64,000 nt of DNA, taken from NCBI GenBank assembly GCA_965203325.1, contig OZ241875.1, positions 2,208,001 to 2,272,000 on the forward strand. The letters are read 5' to 3'. Under the pieces are notes generated by a model. The model made no database searches. It saw nothing but the letters and a program-made list of their open reading frames with translations, and had not been told where the DNA came from. Positions 51,148 to 60,426 of the stretch are shown one piece after another. The position numbers and the translations under genes were made by a program. This stretch comes from a bacterium (GTDB lineage Bacteria; UBA8248). Each line of letters opens with the position of its first letter. Positions within the stretch are counted from its first letter, which is position 1.

Positions 51148-51238
51148 GGCGTTTTCTCACTCGGGTCTCAGGCGGCGGCCCGGAAGCGACGATAATGACG
51201 ATATAAAACGACGCGCGGCGCGGAGGCCGCGCACCTGC

Positions 51239-51556
51239 TCAGAACATGCCGGGAATGGGCAGGCCGCCGGTGAGTTTCTTCATCTCCTCGGACATCATGT
51301 CCTTGCCTTTGCGGGACGCCTCGTTGCACGCGGCGCGCACCAGATCCTCGAGCATCTCCACGTCGTCGGGGTCGACCACCTGCGGGTCTATCTTCACCGA
51401 GACTACCTCGCCCGCCCCGTTGGCGACCACGTTCACCATCCCCCCGCCGGCGGAGGCCTCCACCGTCTTCGCCGCCATCTCCTCCTGAAGCTTGGCCATC
51501 TTGTCCTGGATCTGGCGCGCCTGTTTCATCAGATTGCCGATGCCGCCTTTTAACAT
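51239..51556 (-). CDS. ybaB: YbaB/EbfC nucleoid-associated protein
   Basis: MKQA..Q, AGGGMV, MLEDL; lies between dnaX and recR. Confidence 0.96.
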   Translation of the reverse strand: MLKGGIGNLMKQARQIQDKMAKLQEEMAAKTVEASAGGGMVNVVANGAGEVVSVKIDPQVVDPDDVEMLEDLVRAACNEASRKGKDMMSEEMKKLTGGLPIPGMF

Positions 51557-51587
51557 GAGAATCTCCCCGAGGTAGTTCCCTCACCAC

Positions 51588-53318
51588 TCAAGCGAATGTA
51601 TTTCCACCCGATTTTCGCATCCGCCCCTGGCGAATGTCGACTATCTTTCCGTTGAACAAATCCACGATCTCCTGGATCACGGCCTCTTCACTCTCATCCC
51701 GTTTCCGGCCATGCGCATTGCTCTTCTCTCCGGCCCCCTGCCCGGTTTGCGAACGCGCGCCGTTTTCCGCGCCCGCTATCTCGACCCTGGCGCTCCAGGG
51801 GGAATGCTCCCGGAAAAACTTCTCGATTTCGGGCCGCACCTCCTCCGCCATGTGCAGGCCCTGCGCGTTTCGGTTCTCCCGGGCAAGCACCACGCGGACG
51901 GTTCCTTCCGTTTCCAGATCGAGCTCCACGCCGTGAAAGAGCGGGCGCCTCATCGGGCGCAAGGCCTTCACCGCTCCGGCCCACACGCGCCGCGCCTCTA
52001 CGGAGTTCCACTCCTGCGCTTCGGCTTGGGCGACGGGAGAACCCCCCGAAGCAGGTTCACCCGCAGGCGGCGCAGGCTCGGGCGCCGCGGTTTCCCGGGC
52101 AGCCGGAGGCGGCGCGGCGGCGGGAACCTCCCCTCCCGGCGAGGGGGCGCGCGGGGGATTCGGCGCCGCTCCCCCGCTCATGGATTCGAGCCGTTCCATC
52201 AACGCGCCCAAATCCGTAATCGGCTCAATCTGGCACATGCGGAGAATCGCGACCTCGAGCGTCATGCGGGGATGATCCGATGTCCTGAGTTCGAACTCCG
52301 CACCCTGCAGAATGGAATACGCCTGATGCGCCTCGGCGAAACTCATCTTCGCGGCTACCTGCCTGCGCTCTTCGATCTCGGAAGCCGCCACGTCGAAGAG
52401 CGCCTCATCGTCGCCTGCGGAGAGGAGCACCATGCAGTCGCGCAGATACTCGAGCAGGTTCGAGGAGAAGAGCTTGAGGTCGTGGCCCGCGTCGAAGAGG
52501 TTCTTGAGCTCGGTGAGCGCCTTGTTGCCGTCGCGCGCGACCACCGCCTCGACCAGGGCTTTATAGATGCTGCCCGACGGCACACCGAGCACCTTTTCCA
52601 CTTCTGCGCTCGAAACCGGATCCTCGGCGGCGAAAGCGAGCACCTGATCCAGCAGGGATTGCGCATCGCGGATGCTGCCCTCCCCCATCCGCGCCAGCAG
52701 CTTGACGGCCGCATCGTCCATCTTCCGCTCCTGCGCCTCGACGATCCTCAAAAGATGTTCCGCGATGACAGAAGTCGTGATCCGCCGGAACTCGAACACC
52801 TGGCAGCGGCTCAAAATGGTGTCGGGGACGTTCTTGATCTCCGTGGTGGCCAGAATGAAGACGACGTGGGGCGGGGGTTCCTCGAGCGTCTTGAGCAGCG
52901 CGTTGAACGAGCTTTTGGAGAGCATGTGCACTTCATCGAAAATCACCGTCTTGTAGCGCCCGCGCGCGGGCTGGTAGCGCAGCCCCTCGCGCAACTCGCG
53001 CACGTTGTCCACCCCCGTATAGGTGGCGGCATCGATTTCGAGAATATCGGGATGGCTTCCTGCGGTGATCTCCTCGCACGACGAGCACGCGTTGCACGGT
53101 TCGGGCAGCGGCCCATCCCCCGATTCGCAGTTGAGCGCCTTGGCGAGAATGCGCGCGGTGGTCGTCTTGCCGACCCCGCGCGTCCCGCTGAACAGATAGG
53201 CGGAGGCGACGCGCCCCGAGGCGAGCGCGTTCGATAGCGTTCGCCGGATATGCTCCTGGCCGATGAGTTCCCCGAAGCGCTGCGGACGCCATTTCCTGGC
53301 GCTGCCGATGAAGGACAT
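51588..53318 (-). CDS. dnaX: DNA polymerase III subunit gamma/tau
   Basis: ARKWRPQ.F, GTRGVGKTT, DEVHML, LKTLEEPP, SRCQ. Confidence 0.97.
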   Translation of the reverse strand: MSFIGSARKWRPQRFGELIGQEHIRRTLSNALASGRVASAYLFSGTRGVGKTTTARILAKALNCESGDGPLPEPCNACSSCEEITAGSHPDILEIDAATYTGVDNVRELREGLRYQPARGRYKTVIFDEVHMLSKSSFNALLKTLEEPPPHVVFILATTEIKNVPDTILSRCQVFEFRRITTSVIAEHLLRIVEAQERKMDDAAVKLLARMGEGSIRDAQSLLDQVLAFAAEDPVSSAEVEKVLGVPSGSIYKALVEAVVARDGNKALTELKNLFDAGHDLKLFSSNLLEYLRDCMVLLSAGDDEALFDVAASEIEERRQVAAKMSFAEAHQAYSILQGAEFELRTSDHPRMTLEVAILRMCQIEPITDLGALMERLESMSGGAAPNPPRAPSPGGEVPAAAPPPAARETAAPEPAPPAGEPASGGSPVAQAEAQEWNSVEARRVWAGAVKALRPMRRPLFHGVELDLETEGTVRVVLARENRNAQGLHMAEEVRPEIEKFFREHSPWSARVEIAGAENGARSQTGQGAGEKSNAHGRKRDESEEAVIQEIVDLFNGKIVDIRQGRMRKSGGNTFA

Positions 53319-53339
53319 CAAGAATCCATCCCAAGGATT

Positions 53340-53598
53340 TCCGCCGTTGAAGGGCCCCATACCCCGTGAGCGGCGCGCAGACCCTGCGATGGAGTCGACC
53401 GGTCAGGCGCCCTCGTGGCACCCGGGAGTGTCCACTTACCGCTGCTTCCTTCCGGACCTGACGGGGTTCGCGGGCTCCCGCCGCACGAGACCCAACCGGC
53501 CGAATCCATCGCAGGCTCTTCCATAAATCCTACCCCGTCCCCCGGCCTTTGGGAAGCGGATGCGCCGCCATTTTGGCGACGGCGAACCATGCGGCGGA
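53340..53598 (-). ncRNA. ffs: Signal recognition particle RNA, apparently long form
   Basis: Conserved TCAGGTCCGGAAGGAAGCAGC helix 8 on the minus strand; extended pairing to about 53378-53520; terminal TCCGCCG/CGGCGGA pairing; upstream of dnaX. Core is secure, outer ends are inferred. Confidence 0.9.
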
Positions 53599-53629
53599 TA
53601 ACCATCCATATAACATGGCGTTAGGGGAT

Positions 53630-53949
53630 TGGGGGCGGTTCGCGAACCGCCCCTACGGGATTGTTGAAAAAGTTCCCTGCAAGGGGGTTGGGGGGTTCGA
53701 AGGGAGTCACGCTTCACTCCCCCTTTGAGGGGGAGTCGATGAAGCCGAGCGATTTGTGCGAAGGCTGAATCGGTGGGGGGACGATTCTAAAATAAAAGCT
53801 CCCCCCACCGACTCGCTTGCGGGCTTCGCCCTTACCTCGTCGACTCCCCCTCAAGGGGGGAGTTGATTCGTTTTTTGTGGGCTTTTTCAACAACCCCCTT
53901 CAACAAGGGATTCTCCCGTAGTAGGACAGGTCGCGACCTGTCCCTCTAC
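53630..53949. mobile_element. Nested MITE/REP-like element
   Basis: Outer GGGATTGTTGAAAA/TTTTCAACAACCC inverted repeats (53657-53898) enclose a 148-bp unit (53716-53863); GTAG-type REPs on both sides. Confidence 0.78.
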
Positions 53950-54118
53950 ACAACCGCAATCGCTCCCTCATCGTCCAGAATCGGTTCTAAAGAGAAATGC
54001 TGCGGGCATCGCCAATTCACGCGGAATGGGGTTACAATGGATTTTTAGTCATCTGGTCGCAAATTCCCCCGGCGCAAGTCTTCTGTTCGTCGCCGAACAA
54101 GGAAAGGCCGCCGTACGC

Positions 54119-54982
54119 ATGTCGTATTCCGGGATTGCCGAACTCGCGGAGGGAAAAGTCTACGCCCTCCACAACACGTTCCCGCTGGACGGGCGGATCA
54201 GCGCATACCCCATCAGCGCGCGCGGGCACAGCGTCTCGAACTGCTATCTCCTGAAAGAAGACGCGGGCGCGCTCCTGCTCGATACGGGCTACGCCGCCCA
54301 CGAAGAAGAAATCCTGGCGCAGCTGGAATCCCTCATCGCGCCGGATACGCCGCTGCACCTGCTCCCGCTGCGCATCAACGAATTCATGTCGGTGGGAAAC
54401 GCCATGGCGGTCGCCAAGCGCTTCAACGTGGTGGAGTGCCTCGCCCCCGTGCCGGAAATCAACGAGTGGCTCGAGTTCGAAGCGATCGAGCCGAACGAAG
54501 CGAACAACGGCAACCCCATCCTGCCCACCACGATACTGAAGCCGCTCCACCCGCTTGAAATCGGCGATAGATACATCGAGGTGATGAACGCGCCGATCCG
54601 CCTCATCAGCACCCGCTGGATTTACGATGCGGCCACGCGTATCCTGTTCACCTCGGACATGTTCAGCCACCTCTGGGCGGAGGGGGCGGAAGGCCCCTGG
54701 CTGCTGGATGAAGACAACGCCACGACGACTTCCTTCGTCCGCTCGTTCCTGCTGAACACGCGCTACTGGTGGCTCGAGGGCGCGAGGACGGACTCCATCC
54801 GAAAAGGCATCACGGAAGTATTCGAGCGCTACGACATCGAGACCATCGCTCCGGGATACGGCGCGGTTCTGCGCGGGCGCCGTCTGGTCGAGCAACAATT
54901 CGCCGTGCTGGATGAAGTTCTGGCGGGTCTCGACCGGGGCGTCGTCAAACCCCAATACGTCGCGCTGGGTCTGGAAAGATAG
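54119..54982 (+). CDS. MBL-fold protein, flavodiiron/ODP-like, degenerate metal site
   Basis: NCYLL, LLDTG, ILFTSDMF, IAPGYG; no HxExDH motif. Confidence 0.7.
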   Translation: MSYSGIAELAEGKVYALHNTFPLDGRISAYPISARGHSVSNCYLLKEDAGALLLDTGYAAHEEEILAQLESLIAPDTPLHLLPLRINEFMSVGNAMAVAKRFNVVECLAPVPEINEWLEFEAIEPNEANNGNPILPTTILKPLHPLEIGDRYIEVMNAPIRLISTRWIYDAATRILFTSDMFSHLWAEGAEGPWLLDEDNATTTSFVRSFLLNTRYWWLEGARTDSIRKGITEVFERYDIETIAPGYGAVLRGRRLVEQQFAVLDEVLAGLDRGVVKPQYVALGLER

Positions 54983-54990
54983 GAGCACAC

Positions 54991-55752
54991 ATGAGTCATC
55001 CCCTGCCCCGAGAAATATCGCCCGGCGTCTTCTGGCTCGGCGACTGCCTGGTCCAGCACTCCCAGGGCAAGATATATCACTCCTACAACGCGGCCTTCCT
55101 CGTCATCGGATCAGTTGCCTCCATGCTGATAGAGACGGGACATCCCAAGGATTTCCCGATCATCGAACGCCAGATGAGGGACATCCTGACCCGAGGCGGA
55201 GGCCCGCTCAAACACCTGTTCCTGACCCATCAGGAGACGCCCCACTCGGGCGGTCTGGGCCGCGTGCTCGATAGATACCCCGACCTCACCATCCACGGGG
55301 ACATGTGCGACTACCACCTGGCGTTTCCCCAGCACGAGGGCCGCTTCCGGGAGATGCGCGTGGGAGACGCCATCGACCTGGGCGATACGAAGTTCATGGC
55401 CGTGGAGCCGGTGATCCGGGACTTGCGGAGTTCTCTCTGGGGATTCGAGACCAAAGGGCGCGTGCTGTTTCCGGGAGACGGCTTCGCCTACAGCCACTAC
55501 CACACGGACGGCCACTGCGGGATGTTCGCCGAAGAGGCGACCTCGCTCGATCTCGTCGACGTGCTGGGCGTATTCGCCGAACGCGCCCTGTACTGGACCA
55601 CCTTCACTGACATGAACGTCTACGCCGACAAGCTCGAAGAGTTGATGGATGAACTGGACGTCGAAGTCGTCGCGCCGACGCACGGCCTGCCCATACGCGA
55701 CATCGCGCAAACAATGCCGAAAGTGAGAGAAGGCCTCGTACGGGGCGACTGA
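54991..55752 (+). CDS. MBL-fold protein, flavodiiron/ODP-like
   Basis: YNAAFL, LIETG, THQETPH, LFPGDGF, VAPTHG. Confidence 0.8.
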   Translation: MSHPLPREISPGVFWLGDCLVQHSQGKIYHSYNAAFLVIGSVASMLIETGHPKDFPIIERQMRDILTRGGGPLKHLFLTHQETPHSGGLGRVLDRYPDLTIHGDMCDYHLAFPQHEGRFREMRVGDAIDLGDTKFMAVEPVIRDLRSSLWGFETKGRVLFPGDGFAYSHYHTDGHCGMFAEEATSLDLVDVLGVFAERALYWTTFTDMNVYADKLEELMDELDVEVVAPTHGLPIRDIAQTMPKVREGLVRGD

Positions 55753-55830
55753 GGCGCGAACCCCACGGAGAAGAATTCCAACCGGTGAATGAAGAATCGC
55801 AGGGACAGGGCCTCCTCGGGGTATAAAGGC

Positions 55831-55974
55831 AACCCCCCCTACCCCCCCTTGTCAGGGGTCAAACGCGAGTGATGAACGAGCGTTTGCATAAGCCATTGAC
55901 GAGAAACACATCGTCTTGCAAAACCTCCCTCTTCGGTCGGTTTTGACCCCTGACAAGGGGGGGTAGGGGGGGTT
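55831..55974. repeat. 144-bp element with ~33-bp terminal inverted repeats
   Basis: AACCCCCCCTACCCCCCCTTGTCAGGGGTCAAA ... TTTGACCCCTGACAAGGGGGGGTAGGGGGGGTT. Confidence 0.85.
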
Positions 55975-56021
55975 GGTTCTCAAGGCGAGAGCCTGCGCCG
56001 CCGCCCGGTTTCGGGTTTGAC

Positions 56022-56420
56022 TTAAACGTCCTCCACCAGCTCCCACAGCGTTCCCATCGTGCTCTTGGGCTTGATGAAGGCGATGAGGTGTCCGCCGAAG
56101 CCGGGCCTCGACTTCTCATCAATCAACTCGAAGCCCTGCGCTTTCATCTCGGCCAGCACGCCGTCGATGTTCTTCACGTCGAAGGCCACGTGGTGGAGGC
56201 CCTCGCCGCGCTCCTCGATGAACTTGGCGAGAGGCGAATCCTGCTGGATGGGCGAGATGGGCTCGATGAGGTCGCCGCCCAGGTCCAGCATGGCCAGATC
56301 GGTCGCGCCGTCGGCGGAAGTCTCCCGCGCGAGCAGCTTCGCGCCCATGCCCTCGTACAGGGCGATGGCGGCGTCCATGTCCTTCACCGCGACGCCGATG
56401 TGATGAAATTTGTTGAACAT
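56022..56420 (-). CDS. Methylmalonyl-CoA epimerase / VOC family protein
   Basis: HHIGVAV, GEGLHHVAF, IAFIKPKS..GTLWEL. Confidence 0.85.
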   Translation of the reverse strand: MFNKFHHIGVAVKDMDAAIALYEGMGAKLLARETSADGATDLAMLDLGGDLIEPISPIQQDSPLAKFIEERGEGLHHVAFDVKNIDGVLAEMKAQGFELIDEKSRPGFGGHLIAFIKPKSTMGTLWELVEDV

Positions 56421-56638
56421 ATCCGCATTCCCCCCGACCGGGCGCGGCGGCGGAACGCGGTCCCTTCGCCGCACCGGCCATTCATAGATTTGGTGACCAC
56501 CTGTTTAGCAGGCTCGCCGGAATTCCTCAATCAGGCCCGCCGGTTCCAGTCTCCGGAAACTATACTTGGCGAAGCGTTTGTCGTATCCTGCGCGCATCAA
56601 CGAAATCATGCGAACCATATATTCATGAGGAGAAATCC

Positions 56639-57199
56639 ATGACAGGTCCTGTAGATGGACACAGCACCTCCACCGTGCCGGGCGAGCGCGTCATCGACAA
56701 GCCCGAACTCCCCAAAGGGGGGCTGTATACCGACAACACCGTCCACACCGAGATGCACGAAGGCTCCCTGCAGCTCAAGCGCGGAACGGCGGGCAAGTTC
56801 GAGATTTTCTGCGACGAGGGCGCGAACATCGGCGGCACGGCGCAATACCCCACGCCGATGGCCTATCTCGCCATGGCGACGGGGTTCTGACTGCTCACCC
56901 AGGTGTCGCGGTACGCGCACATGATGAAAATGGAGATCAAGGGAGCGAGCGTCTCCGTCCGGTTCCGAAAGCTGCTGGGCGGCTCGGTGCTCAAAGGCAC
57001 CGTGTTCAACAAGTGGGAGGCCGTGGACACACATCTCAAAGTCGAATCGGACGAACCCGCCGAAAAGCTCGCCCACCTCATCAAGAACGCCAAGAACGGC
57101 TGTTTCGCCGAGGCCCTGATCACCGAGCCGGTGCCGCTCCACTCCACCGTGGAGGTGAACGGCGAACCGTTCGAGATAGAGGGAATCACGGCGGATTAA
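56639..57199 (+). CDS. OsmC/Ohr family protein, predicted selenoprotein
   Basis: In-frame TGA at 56888 in DE....GG....PTP...L......U.LTQ; second Cys in NGCFAE; SECIS-like hairpin at 56903-56920. Confidence 0.88.
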
Positions 57200-57221
57200 C
57201 CCCCATACCTGGAGTTTTTTC

Positions 57222-57674
57222 ATGGAATACTTCCACGCATCTGAGGATATCGCCTTCGGCTCGCAGCCCGAGCCCGCGGATCTGGAGTCCCTCGCCGCAA
57301 GAGGGGTCAAGACCATCATCAACACGCGCTTTCCTGAAGAAGACCAGGGCGACCTCCCGCCCGAGCGCGCAAAGGCCCAAGCCGAGGCGCTGGGAATGCG
57401 CTACGTGAACGTCCCCGTCTCGCCCGCCGAGTTCAGCCCCGCCTCGCTGGCCGAGGTGAGCCGCGCTCTCTCAGAAGCCAAGGCCCACGGAACGACCTTC
57501 GTCCACTGAAAGGCCACGGGGCGGGCCGGGATTTGCTCGCTGAACCATCTGGCGGATGAGAACGACTGGAGCGCGCGGGAGATGGAGGGGGCCGCCGACG
57601 CCACCGGCTTCGACTGGCGCGACGCGCCGTTAGCACCCAAATACCGCGAGTTCTTCGCAAGGAGGCCCGGGTAG
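57222..57674 (+). CDS. DUF442/PTP-fold sulfurtransferase-like protein, predicted selenoprotein
   Basis: GSQP, GVKTIINTR..EE, Y.NVPV; in-frame TGA at 57507 gives FVH-U-KATGRAG in the catalytic loop; frame stays open to TAG at 57672. Confidence 0.85.
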
Positions 57675-57765
57675 GCGCAAAAGGGCCGTCGTATCCCCAT
57701 CCATCAAGGGCTTAATCTTTCCTGCGCCCTGAACGCCATTCGGCGGGGATGCGCGCCGCGCTTCA

Positions 57766-58060
57766 GAGGTTGTTGAAAAAGCCCCTCGATATGGGAAAAC
57801 CACCGTCATTCCGGCGAAAGCCGGAATCCAGAGCCAACGAGGAGAGCAACACCGCCGAACGGCTGGCAAAACCGACAAAGCAAAAAAACCAAAAACAAAT
57901 TCACTGGATTCCGGCTTAAAAACATGCCGGAATGACGGTCGGGTCGGGCGGACACACAGGTCCGCCCCTACACCCCATTGCGTTTTTGCGTAGGGGCGGA
58001 CCTGTGTGTCCGCCCGATCTCGAAACGGTTTTTTTCACCAGACCCTTGTCAGGGGGGAGT
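57766..58060. mobile_element. Nested MITE/REP-like element
   Basis: Outer GAGGTTGTTGAAAAAG/TTTTTCACCAGACC; inner GTCATTCCGG pair at 57802-57939; GTAG doublet at about 57945-58016. Confidence 0.75.
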
Positions 58061-58105
58061 CAACAGCCGCTTCAGTAGGCCGTCTTTCCCGACCCCCCGG
58101 TCCGC

Positions 58106-58885
58106 CTAGCCGGAACCGCGCTTGAGGACGCCGCCGGCGTCGAAGCCGCCGTCCACGGGCAGCGTCACGCCGTTGATGTAGCCCGATTGCGGCAGCGCCA
58201 GATAGAGGGCCGCGGCCGCCACCTCCTCCGGCGCCCCGTAGCGGTTCATCGGAACGCTCTGGAGATAGGCCCGGCGGGTCTCCTCGTCGTGCATTTCCCT
58301 CACCAACGGGGTTTCGACGGGTCCCGGCGCCAGGGTGTTGACCGTCACGCCGGACTCCGCCCACTCGGTCGCCAACACCCTCGTCAACGCCGCGACGCCG
58401 CCCTTGGACGCGCCGTAGGCCGCGCGACCCGTCCCGCCCCGCAAGCCCGCGACCGAGGACATCGACACGATCCGCCCGTATCCCGCCTCGACCATGACGG
58501 CGCCGGCGGCCTGCATCATCAGGAAACTGCCCGTGAGATTGACGGCGATGATGCGGTTCCAATCCTCGAGCGCGGTTTCCAGGGCGAGTATCTCCTGACC
58601 TATGCCCGCGAAGTGCATCAGGATTTCCAGCGAGCCGAACCGCTCCGTCACCGCCTCGATGAGCGCTTCGACGTCACGCGCCTCGGCCACGTCGGTCCTG
58701 ACGAATAGCGCTTCGGCGCCCCCCGCTTTCAACTCTTCCGCTGCCGCAGCACCCGCCTCTTCGTTCAGGTCGGCGATGACGACGGCCGCACCCGCATCCG
58801 CCAGCGTCTGCGCGGTGGCGCGTCCGATGCCGCTCGCACCGCCGGTGACGACCGCCGCCTGTCCTTCAAGTGTGAGCATGCTCAT
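58106..58885 (-). CDS. Short-chain dehydrogenase/reductase
   Basis: TGGASGIG, YGASK, PG, VDGG. Confidence 0.93.
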   Translation of the reverse strand: MSMLTLEGQAAVVTGGASGIGRATAQTLADAGAAVVIADLNEEAGAAAAEELKAGGAEALFVRTDVAEARDVEALIEAVTERFGSLEILMHFAGIGQEILALETALEDWNRIIAVNLTGSFLMMQAAGAVMVEAGYGRIVSMSSVAGLRGGTGRAAYGASKGGVAALTRVLATEWAESGVTVNTLAPGPVETPLVREMHDEETRRAYLQSVPMNRYGAPEEVAAAALYLALPQSGYINGVTLPVDGGFDAGGVLKRGSG

Positions 58886-58895
58886 CTCCCGTGTG

Positions 58896-60086
58896 CTAGG
58901 TGATTACCCCGAGTTTGCGGCCCACCTCGGCGAATGCGCCGATGGCGCGGTCGAGGTCTCCCGTATCGTGGGCCGCCGACATCTGCGTGCGGATCCGGTC
59001 CTGCCCGCGCGGGACGACGGGAAACGAGAACGCGGTGACCAGTACGCCCTCCTCGCGAAGCCCGGCGGCGAAGTTCTGCGCCAGTTTCGGGTCTCGCAGC
59101 ATCAGGGGGATGATGGGGTGCTCGCCCGGCAGCAGTTCGAACCCCAGGGCGGTCATTTCGGCGCGGAAGCGCCTCGTATTGCGCCAGAGCCGATCCCGCA
59201 GCTCCGCCGAGCCGGCGAGAAGGTCCAGCGCCGCCAGGCCGGTCTGGGCGATGACGGGCGCCGGCGTGTTGGAGAAGATGTAGGGGCGCGCGCTCTGGCG
59301 CAGCCACTCCACGATGACGCGCCGGGCCGAGACGTAACCCCCCGCAGCACCTCCCAGCGCCTTGCCGAGCGTCCCCGTCAGGATATCGACCCGCCCTGCG
59401 ACGCCGAAGCGCTCCGGCGTCCCCCGCCCGCTTTTGCCGACGAAGCCGACGGCATGGCTGTCGTCCACCATCACGAGGGCGTCGTGTCTTTCCGCCAGGT
59501 CGCAGATGGCCGGCAGATCGGCCATATAGCCGTCCATCGAAAAGACCCCGTCCGTGGCGATCAGGCGGTAGCGCGCACCGGCCGCTTCTTTCAGTCTGGC
59601 CTCCAGGTCCTTCATGTCGTTGTTGGCGTAACGGAAGCGCTTCGCGCGGCAAAGGCGCACGCCGTCGATGATAGAGGCGTGGTTCAGCGCGTCGGATATG
59701 ATCGCGTCTTCCTCGCCCAGAAGGCTCTCGAACAGCCCCGCGTTGGCGTCGAAACAACTGGGGAAGAGGATCGTGCCCTCGGTTCCCAGAAACGCGCTCA
59801 GGCGCTCCTCCAACTGCTTGTGGGGAACCTGGGTGCCGCAGATGAACCGGACCGACGACATGCCGAAACCGTAGCGGGACAACGCGGCCCTGGCCGCCTC
59901 GACGAGGCGTGGGTGGTTGGAGAGGCCCAGGTAGTTGTTGGCGCACAGATTGATGCAGGCCGCACCCGTCTCGAGGGTGACCTCGCCCTGCTGCGGCGAG
60001 GAGATGACCTGCTCCTGTTTGAACAGGCCGTCGGCCTTGAGCGTTTCGATCCGGCCGGCTAAATCGGCGAGGAATTCCTGGGTCAT
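58896..60086 (-). CDS. kbl: Glycine C-acetyltransferase (2-amino-3-ketobutyrate CoA ligase)
   Basis: [44 protein letters not shown]. Confidence 0.96.
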   Translation of the reverse strand: MTQEFLADLAGRIETLKADGLFKQEQVISSPQQGEVTLETGAACINLCANNYLGLSNHPRLVEAARAALSRYGFGMSSVRFICGTQVPHKQLEERLSAFLGTEGTILFPSCFDANAGLFESLLGEEDAIISDALNHASIIDGVRLCRAKRFRYANNDMKDLEARLKEAAGARYRLIATDGVFSMDGYMADLPAICDLAERHDALVMVDDSHAVGFVGKSGRGTPERFGVAGRVDILTGTLGKALGGAAGGYVSARRVIVEWLRQSARPYIFSNTPAPVIAQTGLAALDLLAGSAELRDRLWRNTRRFRAEMTALGFELLPGEHPIIPLMLRDPKLAQNFAAGLREEGVLVTAFSFPVVPRGQDRIRTQMSAAHDTGDLDRAIGAFAEVGRKLGVIT

Positions 60087-60426
60087 TGGTCGGCCCTCTA
60101 GGTGCGAACACCGGCCGGGGCGGCGCGGGAGTCGGCGAGATACGGCCCATACCGGGATTCACTCCGATGATCTTCCGATTATGCCGCATCACGGCGAAGT
60201 CCACCAGACGCCGCGGGACGGCCCCCGGGGGGAGAGTCGCCGGAAAGCGTTTCAGGCGCGGGTCGGCGCGGGGAAATTTCTTGACATCGATCCGGCGATT
60301 CGTAGGATGAAACAGGCGAATTCCATGCGGCGGCGCGAGCGCCCGGCTGCCGCGCAGCGCCTTATTCATCACCTCCGCGCACGTATCCACTCACGGCCGC
60401 GTCACCGGAGAAAAGGATATACGGGC

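Noticed and set aside
51588..53318. Programmed -1 frameshift in dnaX
   Set aside because: No A-AAA-AAG slippery heptamer or long A run was seen in the coding strand.
54032..54988. Long antisense and alternative-frame ORFs (for example 54032-54988, 17086-18654, 58602-60062, 51711-53237)
   Set aside because: Shadow ORFs of well-supported genes, expected from high-GC codon bias.
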